In this document: in pieces, positions 25,746 to 41,030 of the stretch | Layout of the letters: the number at the start of each line of letters is the position of its first letter | Position numbering within the stretch: the first letter of the stretch is position 1 | Source: the human T2T-CHM13v2.0 reference genome, Homo sapiens | NCBI RefSeq assembly: GCF_009914755.1 | Contig: NC_060928.1 | Direction: 5' to 3' (one strand) | DNA length: 64,000 nucleotides | Position numbers and translations under genes: made by a program | The notes under the pieces: generated by a model | What the model saw: only the letters and a program-made list of their open reading frames with translations | What the model was told of the DNA's origin: nothing | Database searches by the model: none

Positions 25746-26159
25746 GCTGAATGAACCCTGCCTCCATGGAGTCTTCTTTCCTCACTTCCTTCTTTCTTTC
25801 TCAGTTGCTCAAGGGTATAACTGGACATGAGGCTCTTGGATGGTCACAGTCTGACTTCCAGCTTATGAGCAGGTGCACACTTCGTGACACTAGACTCTGC
25901 TGCAAGCCAACCACAAGCATTTCTCTGTGGCACTTTTGGAGTAGCAAAAGAACTGTATTGCAGGGGGCTAACAAAGAACTCTAGAGGGACAGGTGAGAAT
26001 TCTTCTCATTCTCTCTGTGAAGGAAGACTCCCTGCATCTTCTAGAGCTGAGATGGTATAGCTAACAGTTTGTCCAGTAAATACGTCTAATAATTAAAAGT
26101 AAAAGAAATACTTCAAAACATTGAAAAAAATTTGTATTCACATCAGTGTAAACTAATCT

Positions 26160-26398
26160 TCCTTCACCTCTCCCTCACCCACTTCCTTCCTTCCCTCCCT
26201 TCCTTCCCTCCCTTCCTTCCTTCGTTTCCTTCCTTCTTTCCTTCCTTCCTTCTTTACTTCAATTCCTTCTTTCCTCTTCTACTCCTCCCCCTCCCCCCTT
26301 CCCCTTCCCTCCCCTCCCTTCTGCTCTCTTCCCCTCCCTTTCCCTCCCCTCCCCTCCCCTCTCCTTTCCTTTCTTTTCCTCCTCTTTCTTCCTCCTTT
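26160..26398. repeat. Polypyrimidine (CCTT)n/(CCCCT)n low-complexity tract
   Basis: About 240 bp of nearly pure C/T. Confidence 0.95.
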
Positions 26399-27842
26399 AA
26401 ACCAAAATAGTTGATCTCAGTATTAGAATGAAGTAAAGATTAGATTAGATCAGGCTATGTATATAAAACATTTAAAATAATATAATCTGCTTTTCAGAAG
26501 AGATTTCAATGGAAATATAAAACAAACTAAGGCAACAGAAAACGCAATGGAAAGAAAAATCCTCAGATAGGACTTTTTAAAGCAAAAGCATCAGCTAACT
26601 TGTTGCCTGACATTACAAAAGAAATCAGTCCTTAGGCTCTGGCCCTTTACTCTCCATCAGCGTTAGTCAAAGACCTCTTGTCCTGCCAGGAAGGGCCAGG
26701 AAAAGACTTTAAATTTCATGTAGAAAACATTCTCGGTGACACACTTTTTTTAAAAAGAAAATATGCAAGAAACCTTGAAAAATATTTTATAATTGGCCTT
26801 GGGAGGGTGGGTGAATGCAATACATAATTAATTTCATGAAGACAGATTTCGTTTGAATATGTATTTTGAGTGTTCTAACTTGGGAAATTTCTATGTCTTC
26901 ACTTCCAGATAACTGAAAATAAGTGCCTGGTTGTGCTCTACCCAAGGTACAGTCACTCTGTTTTCAAGCTCAAAACAGATATTGATTTTCATTTCAAACT
27001 CTAATGCCAAAATTAGCAATGTCAGGTTGAATTAGAGGTGGATGGTTTAGAGAGTTCAGAAGTGAACAAGCAGCACAGCCAGACTGCTCTTTTTTTTCTT
27101 TTATGTTTTAAAGACGACAAAGCATGGAATGTAAGACACTCTGGTTTTATGGCACTCCCAGAAATATTTAGTCCAACTTCACTCATATGTCTTTAGCACA
27201 GTGGTGTCCTTCAAGTGCCAAATTCAAGGCTGAAAGCATTTAGTTTGAAGATTATTACAGATTGCTTTGATTTCCTTCTGCTGATAATTTTGCTTCTTAT
27301 TTCGCTTTAGAAGATACAAAATTTGTATGGCACTTTAAATTGACAGAGAATTTCATCTACATTGTCCCATCAAGAGGGTATTGCACAGTTACTGAATTGC
27401 TCCATGAGCAATGTGTGAACCCTTTACATCTGGGGTTGACCTCAGGAAGATATTTACAAATTGGAGCTAGTGGGATCTTCCCTCACAAATTCCTTCTAAT
27501 TAATAGAGCAATTGATCAAAGGAATGTATAGAACCCCATAATGGGAATATTTGAAGCATTCATTCAATCCAAGGAGCAAATACCAGCAAACCTACATGAC
27601 CAGATATGATTCATTGGTAAAGAAGAGGATTAAGGCCAGAATGATGTGGAGATGGGAAGGAGGGAAAGGAAAGAGTATTGATATCCTCTGAAATACTCCT
27701 ATATCTGTACAGATAATATTCCAGTGTATCTGGTTTTTATTCATTTTTACTCCAAATGAAGAAGGCTTTTGTTAGATGTTTCCCATGTGGAAATGTGTGC
27801 TTAGGATGCGTACGTGTAAGAGAGAGAGAGAGGGAGAGAGAT

Positions 27843-27964
27843 GCCAGGCACAGTGGCTCATGACTGTAATCCCAGCAGTTTGGGAGGCTGAGGAGGGAGG
27901 ATCACTCGAGGCCAGGAGTTCCAGATCAGCCTGGGCAACACAGTGAGACCCCCATCTCTTAAAA
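27843..27964 (+). mobile_element. FLAM/Alu left monomer flanked by (GA)n
   Basis: gccaggcacagtggctcatgactgtaatcccagc...gtgagacccccatctcttaaaa; single monomer. Confidence 0.88.
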
Positions 27965-30900
27965 GAGAGAGAGAGAGAGGAGGAGGATGAGGAAAGAAGG
28001 AGTGGGGTGGGAGGCAGAGAAGAAAGATATAGAATGAATAGGTAACCAGTAGCAGAGATAGAAGCTACAGGCTCCTCAAATATGGATCTTCCAGGATAAA
28101 AAGAGATTCATTTAGTAAATGCCTGCAATTTTCCAAGCCGTCTTCTTCTATACATTCTAGTTCTATGAAGGGGGTAGCACCATAATTAAATTACTCCATC
28201 AGCACAGTGTGGAGTGACAGAAATCTCTCTGCTGAGCAGGATGGGTGGCAGCCTCTCTGTGGGCCCACAGGTGTTGTATATGCCTCTCTCACCAACTATC
28301 AAAGTATGTTGTCAGCTGCTTCCTTGTCTGTGTATGAGATCTCTGAGGGCAGAGATTACATTTATATTTTCATTTTATATTTCTAGGCCCTAGAAATGTC
28401 TGGCTTACAGTTTCTATTCAAGTCATGTTTGATGAATGAATAGCTAGTGTGTTATGTAGCTTCCCCAACAAGACGTGTGAGTTGTATTAAAGGTAGGGAG
28501 AGGGAATCATTCCCTCACCTTCCAATATCTTAGGAATAAAAATCTGCAAATTTATGGAGAAAATGGAGAAGAATCCCTGTCATTCATCATCAATAGTCCA
28601 CTTAACCAAGATTCAAAGAACAAATAATTCTGAACATCAACACCCAGATGCCTGGTATGGGCATTAGACTACCACCAGTTTCTATCGAGCACATGCCATG
28701 TTCACAGTTGGGGATATTGGACAAAGAGTCTAAGAAAGACAGTGGCAGATTTGAGAGGGCTCCAGAAGTTGGTGGACTGATGAGTAAAGTAGGAGTCGAG
28801 CAAGAGCCTAGAGGAAAAGGGCACAGGGCCTTTGGCTCAGACAATTGAAACTCTGGCAAAGTGAGAGAAAGTAGAAGAGATTTATTGGCAAGAACCAGAG
28901 CCTTCTGGAACTAGAAGGGGAAAATGAAATGCTGGCAGGTAGATAGAGAACCACTAGTCATGGAGCTGAGGCTGGCACATGATTCTGAGCCTTGAGAGAG
29001 ATAGCTTCAGATTGATTAGCCATGGCAGTGTTCTCTGTTGGTTCTCTGCAGGGTGCAGCAAATAAAGTTTGGCTGAGCAAAAGAGAGAGGAATAAAGAAT
29101 GCAGTTTCCTTCCTGTTTTAGGCATTAAATGAAATTGAGCTAAAGTCTGAACAATGGTTAGACTTGTTTAGCTATATAGCCAAGCTTAATACTCAATAGG
29201 TGGACGGTTGCTTAAACTACAGCTGATAGTCACAATCTTTGTGACTTTAGAAACCTCAGTTCTTCTGATACACACTAATGTGCTCTTCTGACCACCCCAC
29301 ATTGACTCTTACGCTGTTTTCAATAATTTATATAATAGCATAGTCAATTGTCAATAGTGTGGAATACATAAAGGCTACCCAATATTTTTAATAGTATTAC
29401 ATAAGGTTTATTATTCAAGTGTTAAGCTAAAATTGGTGATAGGCTAATTTGTTTTTCCTTTTGCTTTTAGTACTGGCCTCTAGTGCCAACACTGAAAGAA
29501 TGGGCACTGTTATCTCACAATGTATTTCTCTTTTTGTCTGAAGAATGCCACAACCACAACAGGAAAACCTATTTGCAAAGAGATACTTTGCTTTCTATAT
29601 TGCAATTGGGAGGCACAGCTAGTTTACTCTGTCTAAACTCCCAGTTCAGCGATTGATGTTGAGAAAGAAGCTCAGTCTCCTAGAGTGAGTGGAGTTTATA
29701 GACTAGCCTTCAGCTTGTAGATTCTCTGTACCAGCCCTAGGGGAGGATAGATTTTATGAATAAAATATTTGTGAACAGCAGTAGTCACAGCATTATTACA
29801 AACTTAAAAAAAAAGATATCAAAGGGCATGGTTACATGAAGTGAGCAACAAGTCAGCACTTGCTTCTCTGAACTGTCTAGGGCTACAACACTGTGTAGGA
29901 CTCGTTAGTATGCTCAACAAAGAATAGACAGTTGCATTAAGAATTAGAAATGTTAAAAATATCACAAATTCCAAATATACTTAGTACTGATTTTCCAACC
30001 AGGTCAACATTATGATGTTAGGTATTTGTATTTGTGAAGAAATTATGCAGTTTGATAGTTTGATGGTGAACCCTAAATTCAGGAAATTAAAATAGTCATA
30101 ATTTTCTGTTTAGTTTAATCCTGTGGCATATATGCAAACATAAAAAATTTTGGTTTACAAGTATTTTCCAGATAACTTCAGTTTAGACAAAAATAGTATT
30201 TTCAAGCAATTTTTATTGTGTGTGTGAGGAATTTGTCTGTCCCCTCCCCTGTCCCACCAGATGAAAGAGAGTGTGTTTAGAGAAATGTTGTAGGGAACAG
30301 TTCCTCACTTCTCCAGTTTTTTAGGTTGGTCTAGTTTCTGCCCCATACAAGCATGAATGAGATATAAATTTAGGGTTCTGGGAGAGTGATGTCAGTGAAA
30401 GTGATGTCAGTAAAATGGCTGACTAGAAACCTGTAGTGCTCTTCCCTCCCTCCTCCACCCCCTAAAAAGAATAAACAGTTACATTTGACCAAAATAATTA
30501 AAAGAGAGTGCTGGAGTACAGCAAAGCAGCAGCAGAAATCCTGTAGAACACAGAAACCTAAGGTGGCCACACTGAGAAGGGAAGGAAACATGTCACCTCT
30601 GCCACCCCGTCCCCCAGATGTAATCAACTTAGAACCAGTAGAAACTTCTCCCTATGGAAGAAAGGTAGGATAGAGGACCCCAGCATCCCCTATCACCACC
30701 GTGGACACTTGCAGTTTTTACTACTAGAGACTCATGCAGTCCTCAAGGGCTCTGAGCCTAGCTGAGAGAGCTCTTCAGAATCTGCACACTGAGCTACCCC
30801 TAGAGAAGGAGCTCATGATGTGTCCTGCTGTGTCCCCCACCTGGGTCACACTGCTACTGCTCTGTACCATCTTGATACTGGAGCCACTGCTAGAGTGTGT

Positions 30901-32626
30901 GTCCTACTCCAGGGGTGAGTAGCCATTACGTCCTTCCATCCCTGAGGCTCAGCCACCACTGCACCACAGGAACCTGGTAGCATGCCATCCTCAATCAGAG
31001 CTTCTGCTATGCCCTGCCTCTTAGGGCTAAGCTATCGCAGAACTGCTCCATTCATATCCATTGCAGTCACTGGTGCACCCTCCACATAGGGTAAAGTTGC
31101 CCCACCCCTGGGAACATGGAGACTTTCACTACTGGAGCAGTCATTCCCCTGGCTCCAGAGCAAATGTGGTGTCCCACCCACTGGCAGCTTCAGGTCTTCT
31201 GCACGCTGGAGCAGTTGTGCCCCCAATCCTATAGCTGACGCAGCACCCTGGGGACCTCAGGCCTCCAAAACACCAGAGCAGTTGCATCTCCCAGCACAAC
31301 ATCTGATGTGGTGCCCTACCCCTAGGGATCCAGAGGCTCCATTGACTCACATAGCTGTGCTTTCTAGAGCCAAGAATATGTGTTGCCTCACATCCCAGGA
31401 AATAGAAGCTTGACTTAGTGGTGCCACTCCAGTCATCAGGCCAAATGGCCCCAGCACCCCACCTACCTGGAACTTGACTAGCTCCCCATAGTCTGAGCTG
31501 CTGAGGCACCTTGCCTCTCTGGGGAGTGGAGTCATTGCTGTGCTGTTCCCCACCCGCTGGAGCCCAAGTCACAGTGGCATCTTGCCATTCCTGGGTCCTT
31601 GCTGCTTCTGCATCTGCCTCACAGAGCCTAGGCTACTGCCACGTCCCACCATTCCAGGGTCCAGATTCCTCACTGTTTGGTTCCTCATCTTCTGAAGCTC
31701 GAGCTGCCAGAGTGCCCTGTTGCTTCCAGACTCCAAATGGCAGCTGTGCCTTGCTCTGTGGGGCCTGTGCCTCCAGAGCATCCCTTCTTCCCTGGAGATA
31801 CACCAGTGCTGTGAACTGGCCCCAGAATCAGAACCACAGCTAACATCCCATCCCAGGGCCTGAGCTTCTAGGGTATGCCTTAGAACAAGACCCTGGCTTA
31901 ATGTGAGAACTACATCCACTCATGTCTTGGAGAGTGAGCCTGCATCTCAAGTTCCAGATGCTACAGTAGTTTCACAAGACCCTGAGCCCAGGAACCTGGC
32001 TCCACTGCCACTCCAAACACCTGTACCCTGGAACCCAGCACCACTGTGACTGCCTGTGAACCATGTCAGAAACAATACCAAGAGCAATCCCCTCAGGTAA
32101 GACTCTCCACTGTGACAATAACAAGAGGATCCCTAAAGTCCTTGCCCTAACAACCTATGCAGCCACCACCACTGCCACAAACTCCTGCAGTCTCAACCAA
32201 TGAGGCACCTGCAGTCCTCACTAACATTGAGTGCAACTGAAGAAGCTACATGGAGACTACATCACGGTGCCCACATGGAACAAGAGTCATCACACCCTGC
32301 CCAACTGGCATTGTCTCAGGCCAATCTGCAGGTAAAAGTCTTTCCCTACAAAAGCTATTCTGTGAAATTTAGAAGAGGTGACCAAATGTGCAGACATCAA
32401 TGCAGGGACACAAGACAGATGAAACAATAAAGGAACATGGCATCACCAAAAAACACAATAATTCTCTAGTAACTGACCCCCCCGCAAAATAGAAATCTAT
32501 GAATTACCTGAAAGAGAATCCACAATAATGATCTTAAGCAAACAGTAAGATACAATAGAGAGATGAGCTAATGAAATCAAAAAAATAATTTATTATCTGA
32601 ATGTGAAATTCAACAGAGATATACAT

Positions 32627-32918
32627 TGGCTGGATGTGGTGGCTCATGCCTGTAATCCCAGTGTTTTGGGAGGCCAAGGCAGGAGGATTGCTTTTAGCCA
32701 GAAATTCAAGACCAGTACTGACAACATAGTGAGACCCCATTTCTACCAAAAAAAAAAAAAAAAGGCCAGGTCTGGTGGTGCATGTTTGTAGTCCTCATGA
32801 GGCTGAGGTAGGAGGATCGCCTGAGCCCATGAGTTGAAGGCTACTGTGAGCTGTGATCTCACTGCTGTGCTCCAGCCTGGGTGACAGAGTAAGACCCTGT
32901 CTCAAAACAAACTAAAAA
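32627..32918 (+). mobile_element. AluJ nested in L1 ORF1
   Basis: ggctggatgtggtggctcatgcctgtaatccc...ccctgtctcaaaac; flanks share agatata. Confidence 0.9.
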
Positions 32919-33607
32919 GATATAAAAAGAACAAAACAAATTTGGAGCTGAAGAATTAAATCAACAAAGTAAAAAATATAATAAAGAGATTCAACAGCAG
33001 GCTAGATCAAGGAGAAGAAAGAATCTGTAAAGTTGAAGATAGGTCTTCTGAAATGACCTCCATCAGAGGAAAAGAAAAGAAAAAAGAATAAAAGAGTGAA
33101 GATAGCCTATGGGACTTATGGCATAGTATTAAATTTACTTATTTTATTTATTTATTTTTGAATTATGGGACTTCCAGAGAAGAGGAGACAGAGAAAGGGA
33201 AAACAAGCATACTTAATCAAATAATGGGTTGGTAAAACTCCCCAAGTCCTGGGAGAGATAAGGACATCCAGATTGATGAAACTAAAAATGTTCTCAAGTA
33301 GATTCAACGCAAAGGGGTCAGCTTCAAGGCACATTATAATCAAACTGACAAAAGTCACAGAGAGAGAATTTTAAAAGCAGCAAGAGAAAAACATCAAGTC
33401 ATATATGAGGGAATCCTCAATAGACTATCAGCAGATTTTTCAGCAGAAACCTTGCAGGCCAGGAGAGAATGGGATGATATATTCAAACTGCTGAAAGAAA
33501 AAAACTGCCAGCCAAGAATACTGTACCACTTATGAAGCAAAACGAAGGAGAAATAAAGTCTTTTTCAGATAAACAAAAACTGAGGGAATTTATTGCCACT
33601 ATACCTG

Positions 33608-33912
<305 letters not shown>

Positions 33913-35474
33913 TTAAGAAACATTTAAGAAAGTTCATGCCGAAAGGAAAATATAATAATTACTATCATTAATACATTTAAAAACAGAAAATGTACTAGTA
34001 GAGATAAATGCATAGTCAAATCTAGAATACTCCTATACTGTAATGGTGGTATGTTAATCACATATACATCTCTAGTATGAAGGTTAAAAATAAAAATGAC
34101 CAAAAATAACTAAAGCTACAATATATTGTTAAGAAATGTACAATATAAAATGATGTAAATTGTGACATCAAAAACATAACTTGTTGAGGAAGGAGGGTAT
34201 AAGTCTAGAGGTTTTGTATGCAACAGAGGTTAAATTATTATCGGCTTAGAATAGCAGATTATAAGATTTTTAAATGTAAGTTTCATGGTGATCGCAAAAC
34301 AAAAAACTATAGCAGATATACAAACAATAAAGGAACTTAAGCTTAGCAATACAGAAAACTATCAAATCACAAAGGTAGACAACAGGAGAGGATGAAAGGA
34401 ACAAAGGACTTATAAAACAATCTGAAAACAACAAAATGGCAGTGATAAGTCTTTACCTATATCGATAATAACTTTGAATGTAAATGGATTAAATTATCCA
34501 ATCAAAAGATACAGAGTGGCTAAATGAATTAAAAACAACACCTAAATATTCTCTTCCTACAAAAGCCCTGTTTAAGCTTAAAGACACATGTAGGCTGAAT
34601 GTGATGAAAGATGACACCCCACATAAATGGTAACCAAAAAAGAGCAGGAGTGACTACACTTATATTGGATAAGATAGACTTCAAGTCAAAAACTGTCACA
34701 AGATACAAAGATGGTCACTATTTATTGATAAAGGTGTCAATTCATCAAGAGGACATAATCATTGTAAATATATATGCACCCAACATTGGAGCACCTTAAT
34801 ACATAAAGCAAATATCGATGAACACAAAGAGAAAAATAGATAGCAGTACAATAATAGTAGCAGATTTCAATACCCCACTTTAAATGGATAAATCAATAAG
34901 ACATAAAATTAATCCATAAATACTGGTACTTGAATTGCACTTTTGACTAAATGGACTTACAAACATATACAGAACTTTCCACCAAACAGCAGAAAATACA
35001 CATTTTTCACTAGTGGACATAAAACGTTCTTCAGGACAGACCATACGTTAGGCCACAAAACAAGTTAACAAATTTTAGAAGACTAAAGTCACATTAGACC
35101 ACAGTGGTATGAAAATAAAAATCAGTAACACAAGGTATCTTGGAAAATTCACAAATTGTGGAAATTAAACAACATCCTCCTGAGCAACCAACGGATCAAA
35201 GAGAAAATCTAAAGGGTAATTAAAAATACGCCAAAAACAGACAAATGAAAATGGAAACACAGGATACCAAAACGTATAGGATACACCAAAAACCGTTCTA
35301 AGAGAGACATTTGTAGCAATAAACACTTACATTAAAAAAGATGAAAGAGCTCACATAAATAGTTTAACATTATACCTCCAGGAACTAGAAAAAGAAGAAC
35401 TAAACAGAAGGAAGGAAATCATAAAAATCAGAACAGAAATAAATCAAATACAAAATAGAAAAATCATAAAATGA

Positions 35475-37755
<2,281 letters not shown>

Positions 37756-39601
37756 AAGAAATTATAACAGATGCCTCAGAAATAAAAAGGATCATAAGAG
37801 ATTACTTCAAACAATTATATGTCAATACATTGGATAACCTAGATTAAAAGGATAAATTGCTAGAAAAATAAAGCCTACCAAGATTGAGTCAGGAAGAACT
37901 AGAAAGCCTGAACAGAGATTTGGATATCTTTTAAACAAATAAAAGCCCAGATAGCATACCAGATAAATTCTCGCAAACATACAAAGAAGAATTATACCAA
38001 TACTTCTTAAGCTCTTCTGAACATATTTTAAGAAGATAGCATTCCTTTAATACCTAAGCCAAAGAAGAGCTCACAAGAAAAGAAAGCTACAGGCCAATTT
38101 TTCTGATGAATGTTGATGCAAAAATCCTCAATCAAATATCAGCAAACCAATTTTAACAACACATCAAAAAATGGTATCTCCTGACCAAGTGGGATTTATC
38201 CCTGGCATATAAGGCTGGTTTAACATATGCAAATCAATCAATATGATACATCACATTAACAGAATGAAAGATTAAAACCACAAGATTATCTCAATTGACA
38301 TGGAAAAAGCATTTGACAAAGTTTAACATCCTTTCTTGATAAAAACTGTCAACTGTTTGTGTATAGAAGGAAAGTAGCTCAACATAATAAAGGCCATTCA
38401 TTAAAATCCCACAACTAACATAATAATGAAGATGAACTAAGATCTAGTATCAGGCAAGATGCCCATTGTTACCACTTCTATTTAACATAGTATTGGAAGT
38501 AGTAGCAAGATTAATCAGAAAAGAAAAAGAAATATAAGATACCCAAATCAGAAAGAAAGAATAAAAATGATCTCTGTTTGCAGATGACATGATCCTGTAT
38601 GTGAAAAACCCACAAAAGAATGGTTTGAACCAATAAATAGAATCAGTAAAATTGCAGGATAAAAAATCAACATACAATATCATAGGATTTCTATACACAA
38701 ATAGCCACCTTATTGAAAATAAATTTTTAAAAGTCCCATTAATAATAGCATAAAAAAACATAGGAATAAATTTAACCAAGGAAGTGAAAAGTCTCTATAT
38801 TGAAAACTATACAACACTGATAAAAGAAGTTGAAGAAGACACAAATGGGAAGACACCTGTCCTCATAGATCAGAAGAATTAATATTGTTAAAATGTCCAT
38901 ACTATCTAAGCAATATAAAGTTTTAATGCAATCCTTATCAAAATTCCAATGACATTCTTCACTGAAATAGGAAAAACAATCTTAAAATTTGTGTGGAAGC
39001 ACAAAATATTCTGAATAGCCAAAACAATTCTGAGAAAGAAAAACAAAATTGGAAGCATCACACTTTCTCGTTTAAAGGAAATGGGGAGATGTAAATCAGA
39101 CGATAAAAGTAGCAGACATGTAGGATGAACAAATTAGAGATCTAATGTACCACATAGGGACGATAGGTAATAAGATTGTATTGTATATGGGATTCATGCT
39201 AAATGAGATTTTAGCTGCTCTTGCCACAAAATCAAGAAGTAATAGGTAAGTATGTGACATGACAGATTTGTTAATTGGCTTCATGATAGTAACTTTTTTT
39301 AACTATATATATATATATCCCACAATATTATGTTATATACCTTAGATATACCCAATAAAATTTGTTTTTAAAATACTCTTTAAAAAATTAGGGTTCTGTA
39401 TCACAAATCCAAAGGTTGCACAAAGTATGACCCAAAACCAAGTCTACCCTATTCCAAAACTAGTTTATTTTTGGAAGCTGCAACCCCAAAAGACTTTTGA
39501 TCTTAAACATGTATCTCAACCTATTATAGGTTACTAAAATTCAACTTTTAGGTTTAAACAGAATCAGACAATGTGATTTTGTTTAAGAAATTCTGTAGTC
39601 A

Positions 39602-39897
39602 GGCTGGGTGCGGTGGCTCAAGCCTGTAATCCCAGCAATTCGGGAGGCCGAGGCAGGTGGATCATGAGGTCAGGAGATCGAGACCATACTGGCTAACATA
39701 ATGAAACCCCGTTTCTACTAAAAATACAAAAAATTAGCCAGGCGTAGTGGCAGGTGCCTGTAGTCCCAGCTACTTGGGAGGCTGAGGAGGAAAATGGTGT
39801 GAACTCGGGAGGCAGAGCTTGCAGTGAGCAGATTGTACCACTGCACTCCAGTCTGGGTGACAGAGCAAGACTCTGTCTCAAAAAAAAAAAAAAAAAT
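39602..39897 (+). mobile_element. Alu (AluY/Sc-type), full length
   Basis: gatcatgaggtcaggagatcgagaccat...gcagagcttgcagtgagc; TSD tctgtagtca on both sides. Confidence 0.95.
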
Positions 39898-40191
39898 CTG
39901 TAGTCAGATTCAAATGTCTACTTGTTTTATTATGCTCATGATTTAGAAATCCTATCAAGTAGGCATTACATCCATGAAGTTCAAAATGATACTATGAATG
40001 ACATTAGCAAAAACAGAATAAAATTAGACATCTGGAATCTAACATAATTTTGTATAAGAAATATTTTGTGAAGACTGTTTAAAGTTTCACTGTCTGTTTA
40101 GGGTGATGGTAAGAGTAAAGGCATAGTTCTCTAATGGCATTAAGACAAGTTGCCTCCATATGGACAAGTAGATTTTCAATACAAACTAACC

Positions 40192-41030
40192 CAGGGAAGT
40201 TTTCCTTGATTATTCCCCCAAATATGTTTTCCAAGCTTTTAGAACTCTCTTCTTCCTCAGGAATATCGATTATTCTTAGGTTTGGTCATTTAACATAATC
40301 CCAGACTTCTTGGAGTCTTTGTTCATGTATTTTTTTATTCTTTTTTTTTTGTCTTTGTTGGGTTGGGCTAATTCAAATATCTTGTCTTCCAGCTCTGACT
40401 TTCTTTCTTCTACTTGTTCCATTCTACTGCTGAGACTTTCCAGAGCATTTCACATTTCTAAAAGTGTGTCCAAAGTTTCCTAAATTTTTTATTGTTTTAT
40501 CTGTAAGCTACCTATTTCCATGAATATTTCTCCTTTCACTTCTTGTATTATTTTTTGGATTTCCTTGCATTGGGCTTTGCCTTTCTCTGGTCCCCCAGTG
40601 ATTAGCCTAATAACTAACCTCCTGAATTCTTTTTCAGGTAAATCAGGGATTTCTTCTTGGTTTGGATCCATTGCTGGTGAACTGGTGCAATTTTGGGGGG
40701 TGTTGAAGAGCCTTGTTTTGTCATATTATCAGGGTTGTTTTTCTGGTTTCTTCTCATTTGAGTAGGATCTGTCAGAGGGAAGGTCTAGGGCTGAAGGCTG
40801 TTGTTCGGATTTTTTTTTTTGTCCCAGGGGGTGTTCCCTTGATGTAGTACTCTCCCCCTTTTCCTACGGATGTGGCTTCCTGTGAGCCGAACTGCAGTGA
40901 TTATTGTCTCTCTTCTGGGTCTAGCCACCTAGTGAGTCTCCCTGGCTCCAGGCTGGTACTGGGGATAGTCTGCACAGAGTACTGTGATGTGAAATATCTA
41001 TGCGTCTCTCAGCCGTGGATACCAGTGCCT
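40192..41030 (-). mobile_element. Inverted 5' segment (part of 5' UTR plus ORF1 N-terminus) of an L1PB1-like element
   Basis: Minus-strand ORF MDPNQEEIPDLPEKEFRRLVI is the L1PB ORF1p N-terminus; bounded by the left TSD at 40178-40191. Confidence 0.9.

Noticed and set aside
26132-26410. Pro/Ser/Phe-rich 92-aa ORF
   Set aside because: Translation of a CT simple repeat
30370-32430. GC-richer block as a host gene promoter or exons
   Set aside because: CpG-depleted, lies inside the L1 TSD and leads directly into ORF1, so it is best explained as an old L1 5' UTR
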